From the NCBI GenBank assembly GCA_015065335.1, contig SVQM01000003.1, positions 1 through 46,459 of the forward strand: a stretch of DNA of 46,459 nucleotides. Direction: 5' to 3'. Positions 36,602 to 44,734 of the stretch are shown here, one piece after another (position 1 is the stretch's first letter; every line of letters begins with the position of its first letter). Below the pieces are notes generated by a model that was given only the letters and a program-made list of their open reading frames with translations, was not told where the DNA came from and did not search any database. Source of the stretch: Oscillospiraceae bacterium (GTDB taxonomy: Bacteria; Bacillota; Clostridia; Oscillospirales; CAG-272). Both the position numbers and the translations under genes were made by a program.

Positions 36602-38347
36602 ATGGCATTTGATGCAGGTATGCTTCGGTTCATACTTCATGAGATAGAGAGTGAACTGAAGGATGGAAAGATAGAAAAGATACATGAACCGGTTTCGGGT
36701 GAGATAGTATTTCAGATAAAGAAGGACGGTGTAAAGAGACTTCTTATAAATGCCGGATCCTCCGCACCGAGAATCTGTATCACAGATGAAAAAACCGAAA
36801 ATCCCGCAAATCCGCCCATGTTCTGTATGCTCCTCAGGAAGCATCTGTCGGGAGGCAGGCTGTCTGAGGCGGTACAAGAGGGATTTGAGCGAGTTGCAAG
36901 ATTTACATTTGACGTTTACGATGAGATGGGATATCCTACAAAGCGGCATATTTACGCAGAGATCATGGGCAAATATTCTAATATCATCCTTACTGACGAT
37001 ACGGGAAAAATACTTGGTGCCACGAGGATAGTGGATTTTTCGCAGAGCATCAAGCGGCAGATACTTCCCGGAATGAAATATGAGCTCCCGCCGCCTCAGG
37101 AGAAGACAGATATTCTTCTTGCTGATAAAGCGGAGATATGCAGAATTGTGGAGGGTGCCGACAAGGATCGAAGTGCCGCAAAATTTATTACATCATCGTT
37201 TATGGGGATTTCAGCGGGAAATGCTGCACAGATAGTATATGAGGCAGGCGCCGATCCTGATTCTGCAATCGCAGAAACAGGGGAGCGTCTCGCAGATTCA
37301 CTTTCGGGATTTGCCGATATTCTTCGATCATACAGAGGGAAACCGTATCTTGTGAGAGATCACGACGGAGTTCCCGTTGATTTCTCTTTTGTGTCGCAGA
37401 GAAGGTACGGTCGTGATTTCACCGAGGAGGTGTGTTCATCCTTCGGAGAGCTTGTAACAAAGTTTTACAGAGAACGTGCGAGGGAGGAACGTCTTCGTCA
37501 GGGCGGTGCCGACATAATCAAGCTCCTTGCAAATGCAGAGGCGAGGATCGAGCGAAAAAGAGCCGTGCAGACGGAGGAGCTATTGGCATCGGAGGAGGCG
37601 GAGAAATTCCGTCTTTGGGGAGATCTTATCACTGCGAATATCTACCGTCTTAAAAAGGGATATGATACTGCTGTCGTTGAGGATTATAATACGGGAGAAA
37701 TGGTTGAGATACCGCTTGATACCCGTCTTCCTCCTGCGGCAAATGCTCAGAAGTATTACAAAAAATATACCAAGGCTAAGACTGCAGGTGAGATGCTTCG
37801 CCGTATGCTTGATGAGTCTGCGGATGAGCTTTTGTACCTTGCATCGGTAAGAGATGCGCTTTCGAGAGCAGATACTGAGAAAGAGCTGTCCGAGATACGA
37901 AAGGAGCTGAGGCAGAGCGGATACGGCTCACGAGTGAAGTCGGATAAGGAAAAAAAGAATACCGTACCGTCGATCTTGCGATTTGAGACTTCGGGGGGGT
38001 ATGAGGTCCTTTGCGGTAAGAACAATATTGCAAATGAGTATATCACTTTTCATCTTGCTGAACGTGACGATTGGTGGTTCCACGTCAAGAATCTGCCCGG
38101 TTCCCACGTTGTGATGAGATGTGCGGCCGACGATGATCCCCCGGAGAAGGATTTTAACGAGGCACTGACGATCGCTGCTGTTTATTCAAAGGCAGCGGAG
38201 GGTGCATCTGTGCTCGTGGATTACACAAAGGTCAGATACGTAAAAAAGCCTCCTGCATCAAAGCCCGGGTTTGTCACATATTCGAAGAATTGGTCAGCGA
38301 CCGTAACTCATAATAAGACCCTTGCAGATTCGCTAATAAAAAAATAA
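36602..38347 (+). CDS. rqcH: Ribosome quality control factor RqcH (FbpA/NFACT family)
   Basis: MAFDA, PPMFCMLLRKHL, ERV, EIMGKYSNIIL, NAQKYYKKYTKAK, GKNN..NE, WFHVKNLPGSHV and VDYT...VKKP...KPGFV.Y motifs. Confidence 0.93.
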   Translation: MAFDAGMLRFILHEIESELKDGKIEKIHEPVSGEIVFQIKKDGVKRLLINAGSSAPRICITDEKTENPANPPMFCMLLRKHLSGGRLSEAVQEGFERVARFTFDVYDEMGYPTKRHIYAEIMGKYSNIILTDDTGKILGATRIVDFSQSIKRQILPGMKYELPPPQEKTDILLADKAEICRIVEGADKDRSAAKFITSSFMGISAGNAAQIVYEAGADPDSAIAETGERLADSLSGFADILRSYRGKPYLVRDHDGVPVDFSFVSQRRYGRDFTEEVCSSFGELVTKFYRERAREERLRQGGADIIKLLANAEARIERKRAVQTEELLASEEAEKFRLWGDLITANIYRLKKGYDTAVVEDYNTGEMVEIPLDTRLPPAANAQKYYKKYTKAKTAGEMLRRMLDESADELLYLASVRDALSRADTEKELSEIRKELRQSGYGSRVKSDKEKKNTVPSILRFETSGGYEVLCGKNNIANEYITFHLAERDDWWFHVKNLPGSHVVMRCAADDDPPEKDFNEALTIAAVYSKAAEGASVLVDYTKVRYVKKPPASKPGFVTYSKNWSATVTHNKTLADSLIKK

Positions 38348-38349
38348 AG

Positions 38350-38385
38350 GATCCCCCTTGTTTCCGATTCCGGGACAGGGGGATC
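38350..38385 (+). terminator. Hairpin after rqcH (probable terminator)
   Basis: GATCCCCCT...AGGGGGATC stem immediately after the stop codon; the T-tail is weak. Confidence 0.5.
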
Positions 38386-38450
38386 TTGTCAATTTACTGT
38401 CATCTGTCATATACTTTATAGCACAGGCAAAGTATATGGGAGGTAAGAAT

Positions 38451-38669
38451 ATGATATGTATATCGGCAAAAAAGTCTATGACTCATGCAGTGAGAGCAAA
38501 GCGTGTTCTGGCAGCTGCGGGAATACCGTGTGAGATAGTAAATCTTGACGGTAATGTTACAAAAAAAGGATGCGCATTTGGAGTCAGTTTTCCATGCGGT
38601 ATGACAGAAAAGGTTCAGTCGATACTTCATCGTTATGATCTTGACTACGGGGAGATCATCGGAAAATGA
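38451..38669 (+). CDS. DUF3343-family small protein
   Basis: Start MICISAK (ATG 38451, RBS GGGAGG); SMTHAVRAKRVL...GCAFGV pattern; stop overlaps the next start (ATGA). Confidence 0.75.
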   Translation: MICISAKKSMTHAVRAKRVLAAAGIPCEIVNLDGNVTKKGCAFGVSFPCGMTEKVQSILHRYDLDYGEIIGK

Positions 38670-39796
38670 GTGATATGATATATTTTGATAATGCGGCGAC
38701 CACATTCCCGAAACCGCCGACGGTAACAGAGGAAATGGTAAAATGCATGAGAGAAAGCTGCGGAAATCCGGGAAGAGGCTCGCATCCGCTTGCACTGGCG
38801 GCATCGGAGATACTTTATGAGTGCAGGGAGACAGCAGCTGAGATGTTCTCGGCAAGCTCTCCAGATAATGTGGTGTTTGTACAGAATACTACCTACGCAC
38901 TGAATCTGGCAATGAAGGCATATATACCGAAGGGGACACATATCCTCATAAGCGATATGGAGCACAACGCCGTTCTGCGTCCTGCGGAGGAAATGAAAAG
39001 ATGGGGGCATATCACTTATGATGTGTTTCCCACTCAGGGGGGACCTTCTCAAATAATCTCGGGAATTTCATGCCGTATACGGGATAATACTTCGGCGGTG
39101 GTCTGTACCCTCGCATCAAATATATGCAGTAGAAGATTGCCGTCACGTGAGATCGGCAAATTTTGCCGTGACAGAGGTATAATATTTATTGCAGACGGTG
39201 CACAGGCAGCAGGTCACAGGCGGATAAGCATGAAGGATGAGGGGATCGATGTGCTGTGTATCCCAGGGCACAAAGGACTTTACGGACCTCAGGGTATCGG
39301 AATGATGATAACAAGTGTAAAAGTACCCGGAAGGACACTTGTTGAAGGAGGCTCGGGCACAGATTCGCTGAGTCCGCTTATGCCGGATTATCTTCCCGAC
39401 AGATTTGAGGCGGGAACGGTCAATACGCCCGGTGTGGCAGGTCTTCTCGAGGGGATGAGATTTGTCTCTGAGGTGCGCCCCGAATGTATAGATGCCATGG
39501 GAAAGGAGCTGTGGTACAGGCTTTACTCAAAACTATGCGGGGACAGAAGATTTGAGATATACGGTGACAGATGTCCCTCATCTGTGATGCTCATAAATAA
39601 AAAAGGCCGTGAGCCGTCGGAGATATCGGGATATCTTGCAAAATGCGGAATATGTACAAGAAGCGGACTCCACTGCGCTCCTCTTGCTCATAAGACCATT
39701 GGCACAGGTGAGCGTGGAGGAGTCCGCATAAGCTTTGGTGTGTTCAATACCGTGAAAGAGGTGGATATCCTCTGTGATGCTCTGCTCAGAGCGTGA
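38666..39796 (+). CDS. Cysteine desulfurase-family aminotransferase class V (CsdA/SufS type)
   Basis: IYFDNAATT.PKP, NPGRG.H, MEHNAV, DGAQ, PGHKGLYGPQG, FEAGT and RSGLHCA motifs. Confidence 0.92.
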   Translation: MSDMIYFDNAATTFPKPPTVTEEMVKCMRESCGNPGRGSHPLALAASEILYECRETAAEMFSASSPDNVVFVQNTTYALNLAMKAYIPKGTHILISDMEHNAVLRPAEEMKRWGHITYDVFPTQGGPSQIISGISCRIRDNTSAVVCTLASNICSRRLPSREIGKFCRDRGIIFIADGAQAAGHRRISMKDEGIDVLCIPGHKGLYGPQGIGMMITSVKVPGRTLVEGGSGTDSLSPLMPDYLPDRFEAGTVNTPGVAGLLEGMRFVSEVRPECIDAMGKELWYRLYSKLCGDRRFEIYGDRCPSSVMLINKKGREPSEISGYLAKCGICTRSGLHCAPLAHKTIGTGERGGVRISFGVFNTVKEVDILCDALLRA

Positions 39797-39818
39797 TCGG
39801 TCAATGGGACATATATAT

Positions 39819-39896
39819 GCAAGGGAGGAACTTTTTGAAAAAAGTTTCTCCCTCAAGCTCGCTTGCGAGATTGTCGCTCCCTCTTCAAAAACTTTT
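39819..39896. repeat. REP-like palindrome, copy D (reverse orientation, with an inserted CTCGC-TT-GCGAG hairpin)
   Basis: Reverse complement AAAAGTTTTTGAAGAGGGAGC...GAGGGAGAAACTTTTTTCAAAAAGTTCCTCCCTTGC aligns with copy A at 3844. Confidence 0.7.
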
Positions 39897-39927
39897 GGAT
39901 AAAAGACAAAAATAAAAAGCATTTTTG

Positions 39928-39993
39928 TTCAACCGGTGGTTGAAAACCTTCATCTGAAAAGTTATTGCAGGTCACGGTTCTCTATGATATACT
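39928..39993 (+). promoter_or_regulatory. Palindromic operator plus promoter of the XRE regulator
   Basis: TTCAACC-GGT-GGTTGAA (39928-39944); TTGCAG-17 nt-TATACT with a TG extension (39965-39993). Confidence 0.6.
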
Positions 39994-40050
39994 CTAACCG
40001 AGCTCAAAAATAGGCGCCGACTTTATAGAAAAAGAAAGGTGTAATTGATT

Positions 40051-40830
40051 ATGAATATCGGAAATAGAATAAAAGAACTGCGAAAACAACGTGGGATAAC
40101 TCAGGAACAGTTGGCGGAGAGCATAGGAATTTCATTTCAGGCTGTCAGCAAATGGGAGAATAATATTGCGCTTCCCGATATTACCCTTACGCCCGTATTG
40201 GCAAGTTATTTCGGAGTATCAATGGATGAGCTGTTTGATTTCAGCTTAAAAGAGATCGAGTGTGCGGTTAAAGCCATAACAAATGAGGCATACAAATTCA
40301 GAGAAAGTGATCCGGCCGAGAGCAGAAGGATACTCGAAGAAGGGTTGAAGAAATACCCGGATAACGACTTGTTGCTCAATAATTTGTTGTATGTTTTGAA
40401 CTACTCGGATGATCCCGATGAAACTATTGCGGTAGCCGGAAAGCTTATTGATAAAACACCACATTATGACGTGAGATTTGATGCTCTCCGTTTTCTTGCA
40501 TACGCATATAAGGAAAAAGGAGATCTTGAGAGTGCCAAAGCTGCTATTGATCAAATACCCGAAATATATTTCACAAAATTGAGTGAGGTCGCCTATCTCT
40601 TTTCAGGGAAAGAAAAATTTGAAGCTGCCGAAAAACAAAAGTGGATATCATTTGAGGATCTCATTCAAATGATGTGGAAAATTGCGGAGTGCTATGAAGA
40701 AAACGGGGAAGTAGATAAAGCTGTAAAAGAAACGGAAAAGGCTTTGGAACTTGTAAAAATTATCGAAAATCCAAATTTTGATATTTATACGGAGTTCTTT
40801 GTGAAACAAATAAAGCGACTCACAAATTAA
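40051..40830 (+). CDS. XRE-family HTH regulator with C-terminal TPR-like helices
   Basis: IGNRIKELRKQRGITQEQLAESIGISFQAVSKWEN...PDI HTH; helical C-terminus (LAYAYKEKGDLESAK, IAECYEENGEVDKA). Confidence 0.9.
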   Translation: MNIGNRIKELRKQRGITQEQLAESIGISFQAVSKWENNIALPDITLTPVLASYFGVSMDELFDFSLKEIECAVKAITNEAYKFRESDPAESRRILEEGLKKYPDNDLLLNNLLYVLNYSDDPDETIAVAGKLIDKTPHYDVRFDALRFLAYAYKEKGDLESAKAAIDQIPEIYFTKLSEVAYLFSGKEKFEAAEKQKWISFEDLIQMMWKIAECYEENGEVDKAVKETEKALELVKIIENPNFDIYTEFFVKQIKRLTN

Positions 40831-40849
40831 TATTTTGATATACACAACA

Positions 40850-40882
40850 AAGTTCCCACAGACTGACGGTTTGTGGGAACTT
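40850..40882. terminator. Terminator hairpin between the convergent XRE and pepD genes
   Basis: AAGTTCCCACAGAC-TGACG-GTTTGTGGGAACTT. Confidence 0.7.
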
Positions 40883-40915
40883 AATTATTATAGTAAAACA
40901 AACGGTTTCACCAAG

Positions 40916-40966
40916 CCTTCTCCAGTGGGAGAAGGTGGCACGAGCTTGCTCGTGACGGATGAGGTG
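40916..40966. repeat. Double-hairpin REP-like element (third type, single copy in the window)
   Basis: CCTTCTCC-AGTG-GGAGAAGG, TGG, CACGAGC-TT-GCTCGTG, then ACGGATGAGGTG. Confidence 0.5.
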
Positions 40967-40982
40967 TCATATGCTAAACTTT

Positions 40983-42413
40983 TCACATATTCTCCAGCAT
41001 ATAGCAAACTATCTTTGCAAATCTCTCTACCGATGACAGTGACACCGTCTCCTCGGGGGAGTGCATATCAAGTATTACGGGCCCGAAGGAGATCATATCC
41101 ATATCGGGTGCTTTTTGTGCCACGATCCCGCATTCAAGTCCTGCGTGGATCGAGACGAATTCGGCATCCATACCGAGAACTTCTTTTACGGCAGCTCCAT
41201 AGATCGGGCGAACTGAGGATTCCTTTCTCATTGCCCATCCGGGGTATCTTCCGCGTGTTGTCAGAGTGCCACCGAAATCTGATACTACCTTGCCGACCAT
41301 GCCGATGGCTCCGTCAAGCTCATCCTCATCGGATGAACGGCAGGACAGCGTTACTTTTATGCCATGCTCATTTGCATCAACAATTGCAAGATTCGCAGAG
41401 GTTTTGACGCAGTTTTCCATGCCGTCCTCCATTTTGAGTATACCGTTGGGCATGGAGAGCATTATGTCAAGAAGCTCTGTTCCGATGCATTTGCTCTCTG
41501 AAGGGACTGCCGTAACGGACATCCTTGCAAGCATATCCGCATCGCAAAGGTATTGGAGGCGATCGTCAGCAGCTTCGTTCAGCACATTCAGGAATGCTTC
41601 GGCATCATCCGTGCGGATAACTGCAACAGCAGACCTGGGAATGGCATTATCCTTGCTCCCGCCTTCAAATGAAACTACAGACAGGGAAGCACCTGCATCT
41701 TTGACTGCCGAAATACCTTTGGAAATAAGCTCTGCAAGCATTACAAGAGCATTGGCTCTGCGCTTGTCGATATCAGCACCGGAGTGACCTCCTGCAAGAC
41801 CGTCAAGCGTTATTTTCAGGTCACGTCCCTGTATCTCAGGTGTATCAGAAGATACGGGGAATTCGGTGTCACATCTGACTCCGCCTGCGCAGGCAACTGT
41901 TGCAATGCCTTCACCCTCGCAATCGAGATTGAGATAGCGTCTGCCCTCAAGTGCGGCAAAATCAAATTTTCCTGCACCGATTAGTCCGATCTCCTCGGAA
42001 ATGGTAAATACGCATTCAAGAGACGGATGCTTCAGTTCGTCTGAATCAAGCACGGCAAGTGCCATTGCCATACCGATCCCGTTGTCTGCACCGAGGGTAG
42101 TGCCGTTTGCACGGAGAATGTCTTCGTCATAGATAAGCTCAATGGGGTCGCACTCAAAATCGTGATTTGATGAGGCGATCTTTTCTGCGACCATGTCCAT
42201 GTGATTCTGTATGACTACGGGGGCAGAATCGCTGCCGTTTGCAGCTTTTTTAATAAGCACATTACCCGCATCGTCCACGTGGTGCTCAAGTCCGCGTGAT
42301 CTTGCGAATTCCGTAAGGTATTCTATAACTCCCCCTTCGTTTCCGGATGCACGGGGGATCCTTGATATTTCTTCAAAAAAGCGAAGTACGCCTGAAAGCT
42401 CGGGATATGACAT
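40983..42413 (-). CDS. pepD: Aminoacyl-histidine dipeptidase (peptidase M20)
   Basis: Start MSYPEL (ATG 42413); FEEISRIPRASGNE, QNHMDMV, GTTLGADNGIG, EEIGL.GA, GGHSG.DI, IHAGLECG and HSPEE motifs. Confidence 0.93.
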   Translation of the reverse strand: MSYPELSGVLRFFEEISRIPRASGNEGGVIEYLTEFARSRGLEHHVDDAGNVLIKKAANGSDSAPVVIQNHMDMVAEKIASSNHDFECDPIELIYDEDILRANGTTLGADNGIGMAMALAVLDSDELKHPSLECVFTISEEIGLIGAGKFDFAALEGRRYLNLDCEGEGIATVACAGGVRCDTEFPVSSDTPEIQGRDLKITLDGLAGGHSGADIDKRRANALVMLAELISKGISAVKDAGASLSVVSFEGGSKDNAIPRSAVAVIRTDDAEAFLNVLNEAADDRLQYLCDADMLARMSVTAVPSESKCIGTELLDIMLSMPNGILKMEDGMENCVKTSANLAIVDANEHGIKVTLSCRSSDEDELDGAIGMVGKVVSDFGGTLTTRGRYPGWAMRKESSVRPIYGAAVKEVLGMDAEFVSIHAGLECGIVAQKAPDMDMISFGPVILDMHSPEETVSLSSVERFAKIVCYMLENM

Positions 42414-42442
42414 AATATGCTCCGTTTCGTTTATTTTTGTAA

Positions 42443-42471
42443 ATGATACCACATGAAGATTTCAAAGTCAA
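42443..42471 (-). promoter_or_regulatory. Sigma-A promoter of pepD
   Basis: TTGACT-17 nt-TATCAT on the minus strand. Confidence 0.6.
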
Positions 42472-42601
42472 CGAAAAGTGGTGTTTATGTTATAATTTTA
42501 TCCCGAAAAATCAAGAAAAACTCATAAAAATTTGTGTTTAGGTATATCAATTTGAGAAAAAGTGTGATATAATGTATTGATAAAAAATACAGGAGGCAGA
42601 T

Positions 42602-43339
42602 ATGGGTATTCTTGATGTGTTCAGACCGGGCGGACATCCGTATACATCCGGGGTGATCCTTGCGGCAGGTTCGGGAAGCCGTTTTTCCGATGTTGCGGGA
42701 CAAAAACAGAATACGGTTCTTTGCGGAATGCCCGTTGTCGCAAGGACGATTGCGGCGTTCGAGAGCTGTCCTCTGATCGATGAGATAATCATTGTTTGCC
42801 GTGAGGAGGATGTTGCTTCATACAAAAGCTTTCCTGAGGAATACGGATTCGGAAAGATAGCAAAGGTGATCCCCGGCGGCAAAGAGAGAATGGATTCCGC
42901 AATGGCAGGAGTTGATTCGATCAATGATAAATCAAAATTTATTGCCGTTCACGACGGAGCAAGGTGTCTGATCACTTCGGAGATGATAGAAAAGACACTT
43001 CGTGCGGCGTACAAGGATGGTGCTGCTGCTGCAGGACATCCGTCCACGGATACCGTAAAATATACCGAGGACGGACGTACTATCCTTGAGACCGTGGATC
43101 GTACAAAGGTGTGGCTTATCGGTACTCCGCAGGTGTTCATGGCCAATATGTACAGAGCCGCCATCTATATGGCGAAGAAGGACGGTGCTTCGGTTACGGA
43201 TGACTGTATGATGGCAGAGCGTCTCGGCTTTAAGGTGAGCCTTGTGGATGTCGGCGGTGAGAATATCAAGATAACGAATCCTGAGGATATATATATTGCC
43301 GAAGGAATACTCAGACGTCGGGAGGATATGGGTAGATGA
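42602..43339 (+). CDS. ispD: 2-C-methyl-D-erythritol 4-phosphate cytidylyltransferase
   Basis: ILAAGSGSRF, GGKERMDS, VHDGAR, TPQVF, TDD and NIKITNPED motifs; overlaps ispF. Confidence 0.93.
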   Translation: MGILDVFRPGGHPYTSGVILAAGSGSRFSDVAGQKQNTVLCGMPVVARTIAAFESCPLIDEIIIVCREEDVASYKSFPEEYGFGKIAKVIPGGKERMDSAMAGVDSINDKSKFIAVHDGARCLITSEMIEKTLRAAYKDGAAAAGHPSTDTVKYTEDGRTILETVDRTKVWLIGTPQVFMANMYRAAIYMAKKDGASVTDDCMMAERLGFKVSLVDVGGENIKITNPEDIYIAEGILRRREDMGR

Positions 43340-43806
43340 GGATCGGACACGGGTATGACGCTCACAGATTCTGTGAGGGAAAAAAGATGGTGCTCGGTGC
43401 CACCGAGATCGAATGTGAATACGGTTTTCTTGCTCACTCAGACGGAGATGTGCTTCTACATGCGGTATCCGATGCGCTTTTCGGTGCTGCGGGAATGCGG
43501 GATATTGGATATCATTACCCGGATACATCCGAGGATTTCAAGGGAGCAGACAGTGCGGTGCTTGCACGTGACTGCGCCGATAAGGTGAGAGATGCGGGGT
43601 TCGGTATAGATTATGTGGATGTTACCGTGATAGCACAGTATCCGAAGCTGTCGCCTTATATTGAGGAGATGCGAAAAAATACGGCATCAGCAATAGGCGT
43701 TGACGTATCAAGAGTTAACATAAAGGCAACGACCGAGGAAAAAATGGGCTTTACGGGCCGTAAGGAAGGCGTGAGAGTTCACGCAGTATGCATTCTTTCA
43801 GAATAA
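43336..43806 (+). CDS. ispF: 2-C-methyl-D-erythritol 2,4-cyclodiphosphate synthase
   Basis: MRIGHGYDAH, HSDGDVLLHA..DA and NIKATTEEKMGFTGR.EG motifs. Confidence 0.96.
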   Translation: MRIGHGYDAHRFCEGKKMVLGATEIECEYGFLAHSDGDVLLHAVSDALFGAAGMRDIGYHYPDTSEDFKGADSAVLARDCADKVRDAGFGIDYVDVTVIAQYPKLSPYIEEMRKNTASAIGVDVSRVNIKATTEEKMGFTGRKEGVRVHAVCILSE

Positions 43807-44005
43807 AAATCCGACGCCACAGGGAGCGTCGGTATATAAAGCACAGAACATGACAGCATAGGTTCACATCCTTTTCGTTAAACGTCTTTCTGCCCTGTAT
43901 CTGTGCGGATCTAGCGGTAGGACCGCTGATATTAGGATATGCCGATCCTTTAGGGATGACACCGAAGGCGGCTCGTCCGAGAAATTCAAAAATGGAGATT
44001 TTGTT

Positions 44006-44674
44006 ATGGAAATGAAAATTTGTCCCTCAGTTTTGGCGTGCGATATGCTGCATCTTGAGGATGAGATAAAAAAAGCAGAAAAGGCAGGTGCCGATATTTT
44101 CCATCTTGACGTGATGGACGGTGTTTACGTACCTAACATGAGCTTCGGCTTTGATGTGATAAAGAAGATCGGTACCGTTACAGACCTTCCTCTCGACGTG
44201 CATATGATGACAGTTCAGCCTTGGAAATACTTCGACGTTCTTGCGGCGGCAGGTACGTGGAATGTGACATTCCATCTGAATCTGCTTGATGAAGCAGGTA
44301 CAAGACAGGCGCTAAAGGATATTCATTCTCTCGGAATGAAGGCGGCGCTGTCAGTGAAGCCGAAGGAAAGTGCGGATCTTCTTCTGCCTTACTATGATCT
44401 CATGGATATGGCACTTGTCATGACTGTTGAGCCCGGCTTTGGCGGTCAGAAGTTCATGGAGGATATGCTCCCGAAGGTCGGTGCTATAAGAGCTGCGGCA
44501 GGAAAGGATTTCCCCGTGCAGATCGACGGAGGTATCGGACTTGGTACCGCCGGTAAGGCTGCTGCGGCAGGTGCATCAATGTTCGTTGTTGGAACAGCAT
44601 CCTTCGGTGCACCGGATATGGCTAAGGCTGTTGCCGATATCAGAAGCGAGGCAGAAGCGGCATTCGTGTACTGA
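44006..44674 (+). CDS. rpe: Ribulose-phosphate 3-epimerase
   Basis: PSVLA, HLDVMDG.YVPN.SFG, LDVHMM, MTVEPGFGGQKF and IDGG motifs. Confidence 0.95.
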   Translation: MEMKICPSVLACDMLHLEDEIKKAEKAGADIFHLDVMDGVYVPNMSFGFDVIKKIGTVTDLPLDVHMMTVQPWKYFDVLAAAGTWNVTFHLNLLDEAGTRQALKDIHSLGMKAALSVKPKESADLLLPYYDLMDMALVMTVEPGFGGQKFMEDMLPKVGAIRAAAGKDFPVQIDGGIGLGTAGKAAAAGASMFVVGTASFGAPDMAKAVADIRSEAEAAFVY

Positions 44675-44734
44675 TAATACAGTTAGCTCAAAAACGCATT
44701 TTGATAATTACAAAAAGAAAGGGGTGTGATAACC

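Noticed and set aside
40835-41407. 190-aa plus-strand ORF after the XRE gene
   Set aside because: Runs through a terminator and a palindrome and then antisense to pepD; no RBS and no motifs.
43807-44005. M-box riboswitch, 6S RNA or self-cleaving ribozyme
   Set aside because: The conserved cores I know for these classes are not visible, and the ends do not form a 6S-like closing rod; kept only as an unassigned structured region.
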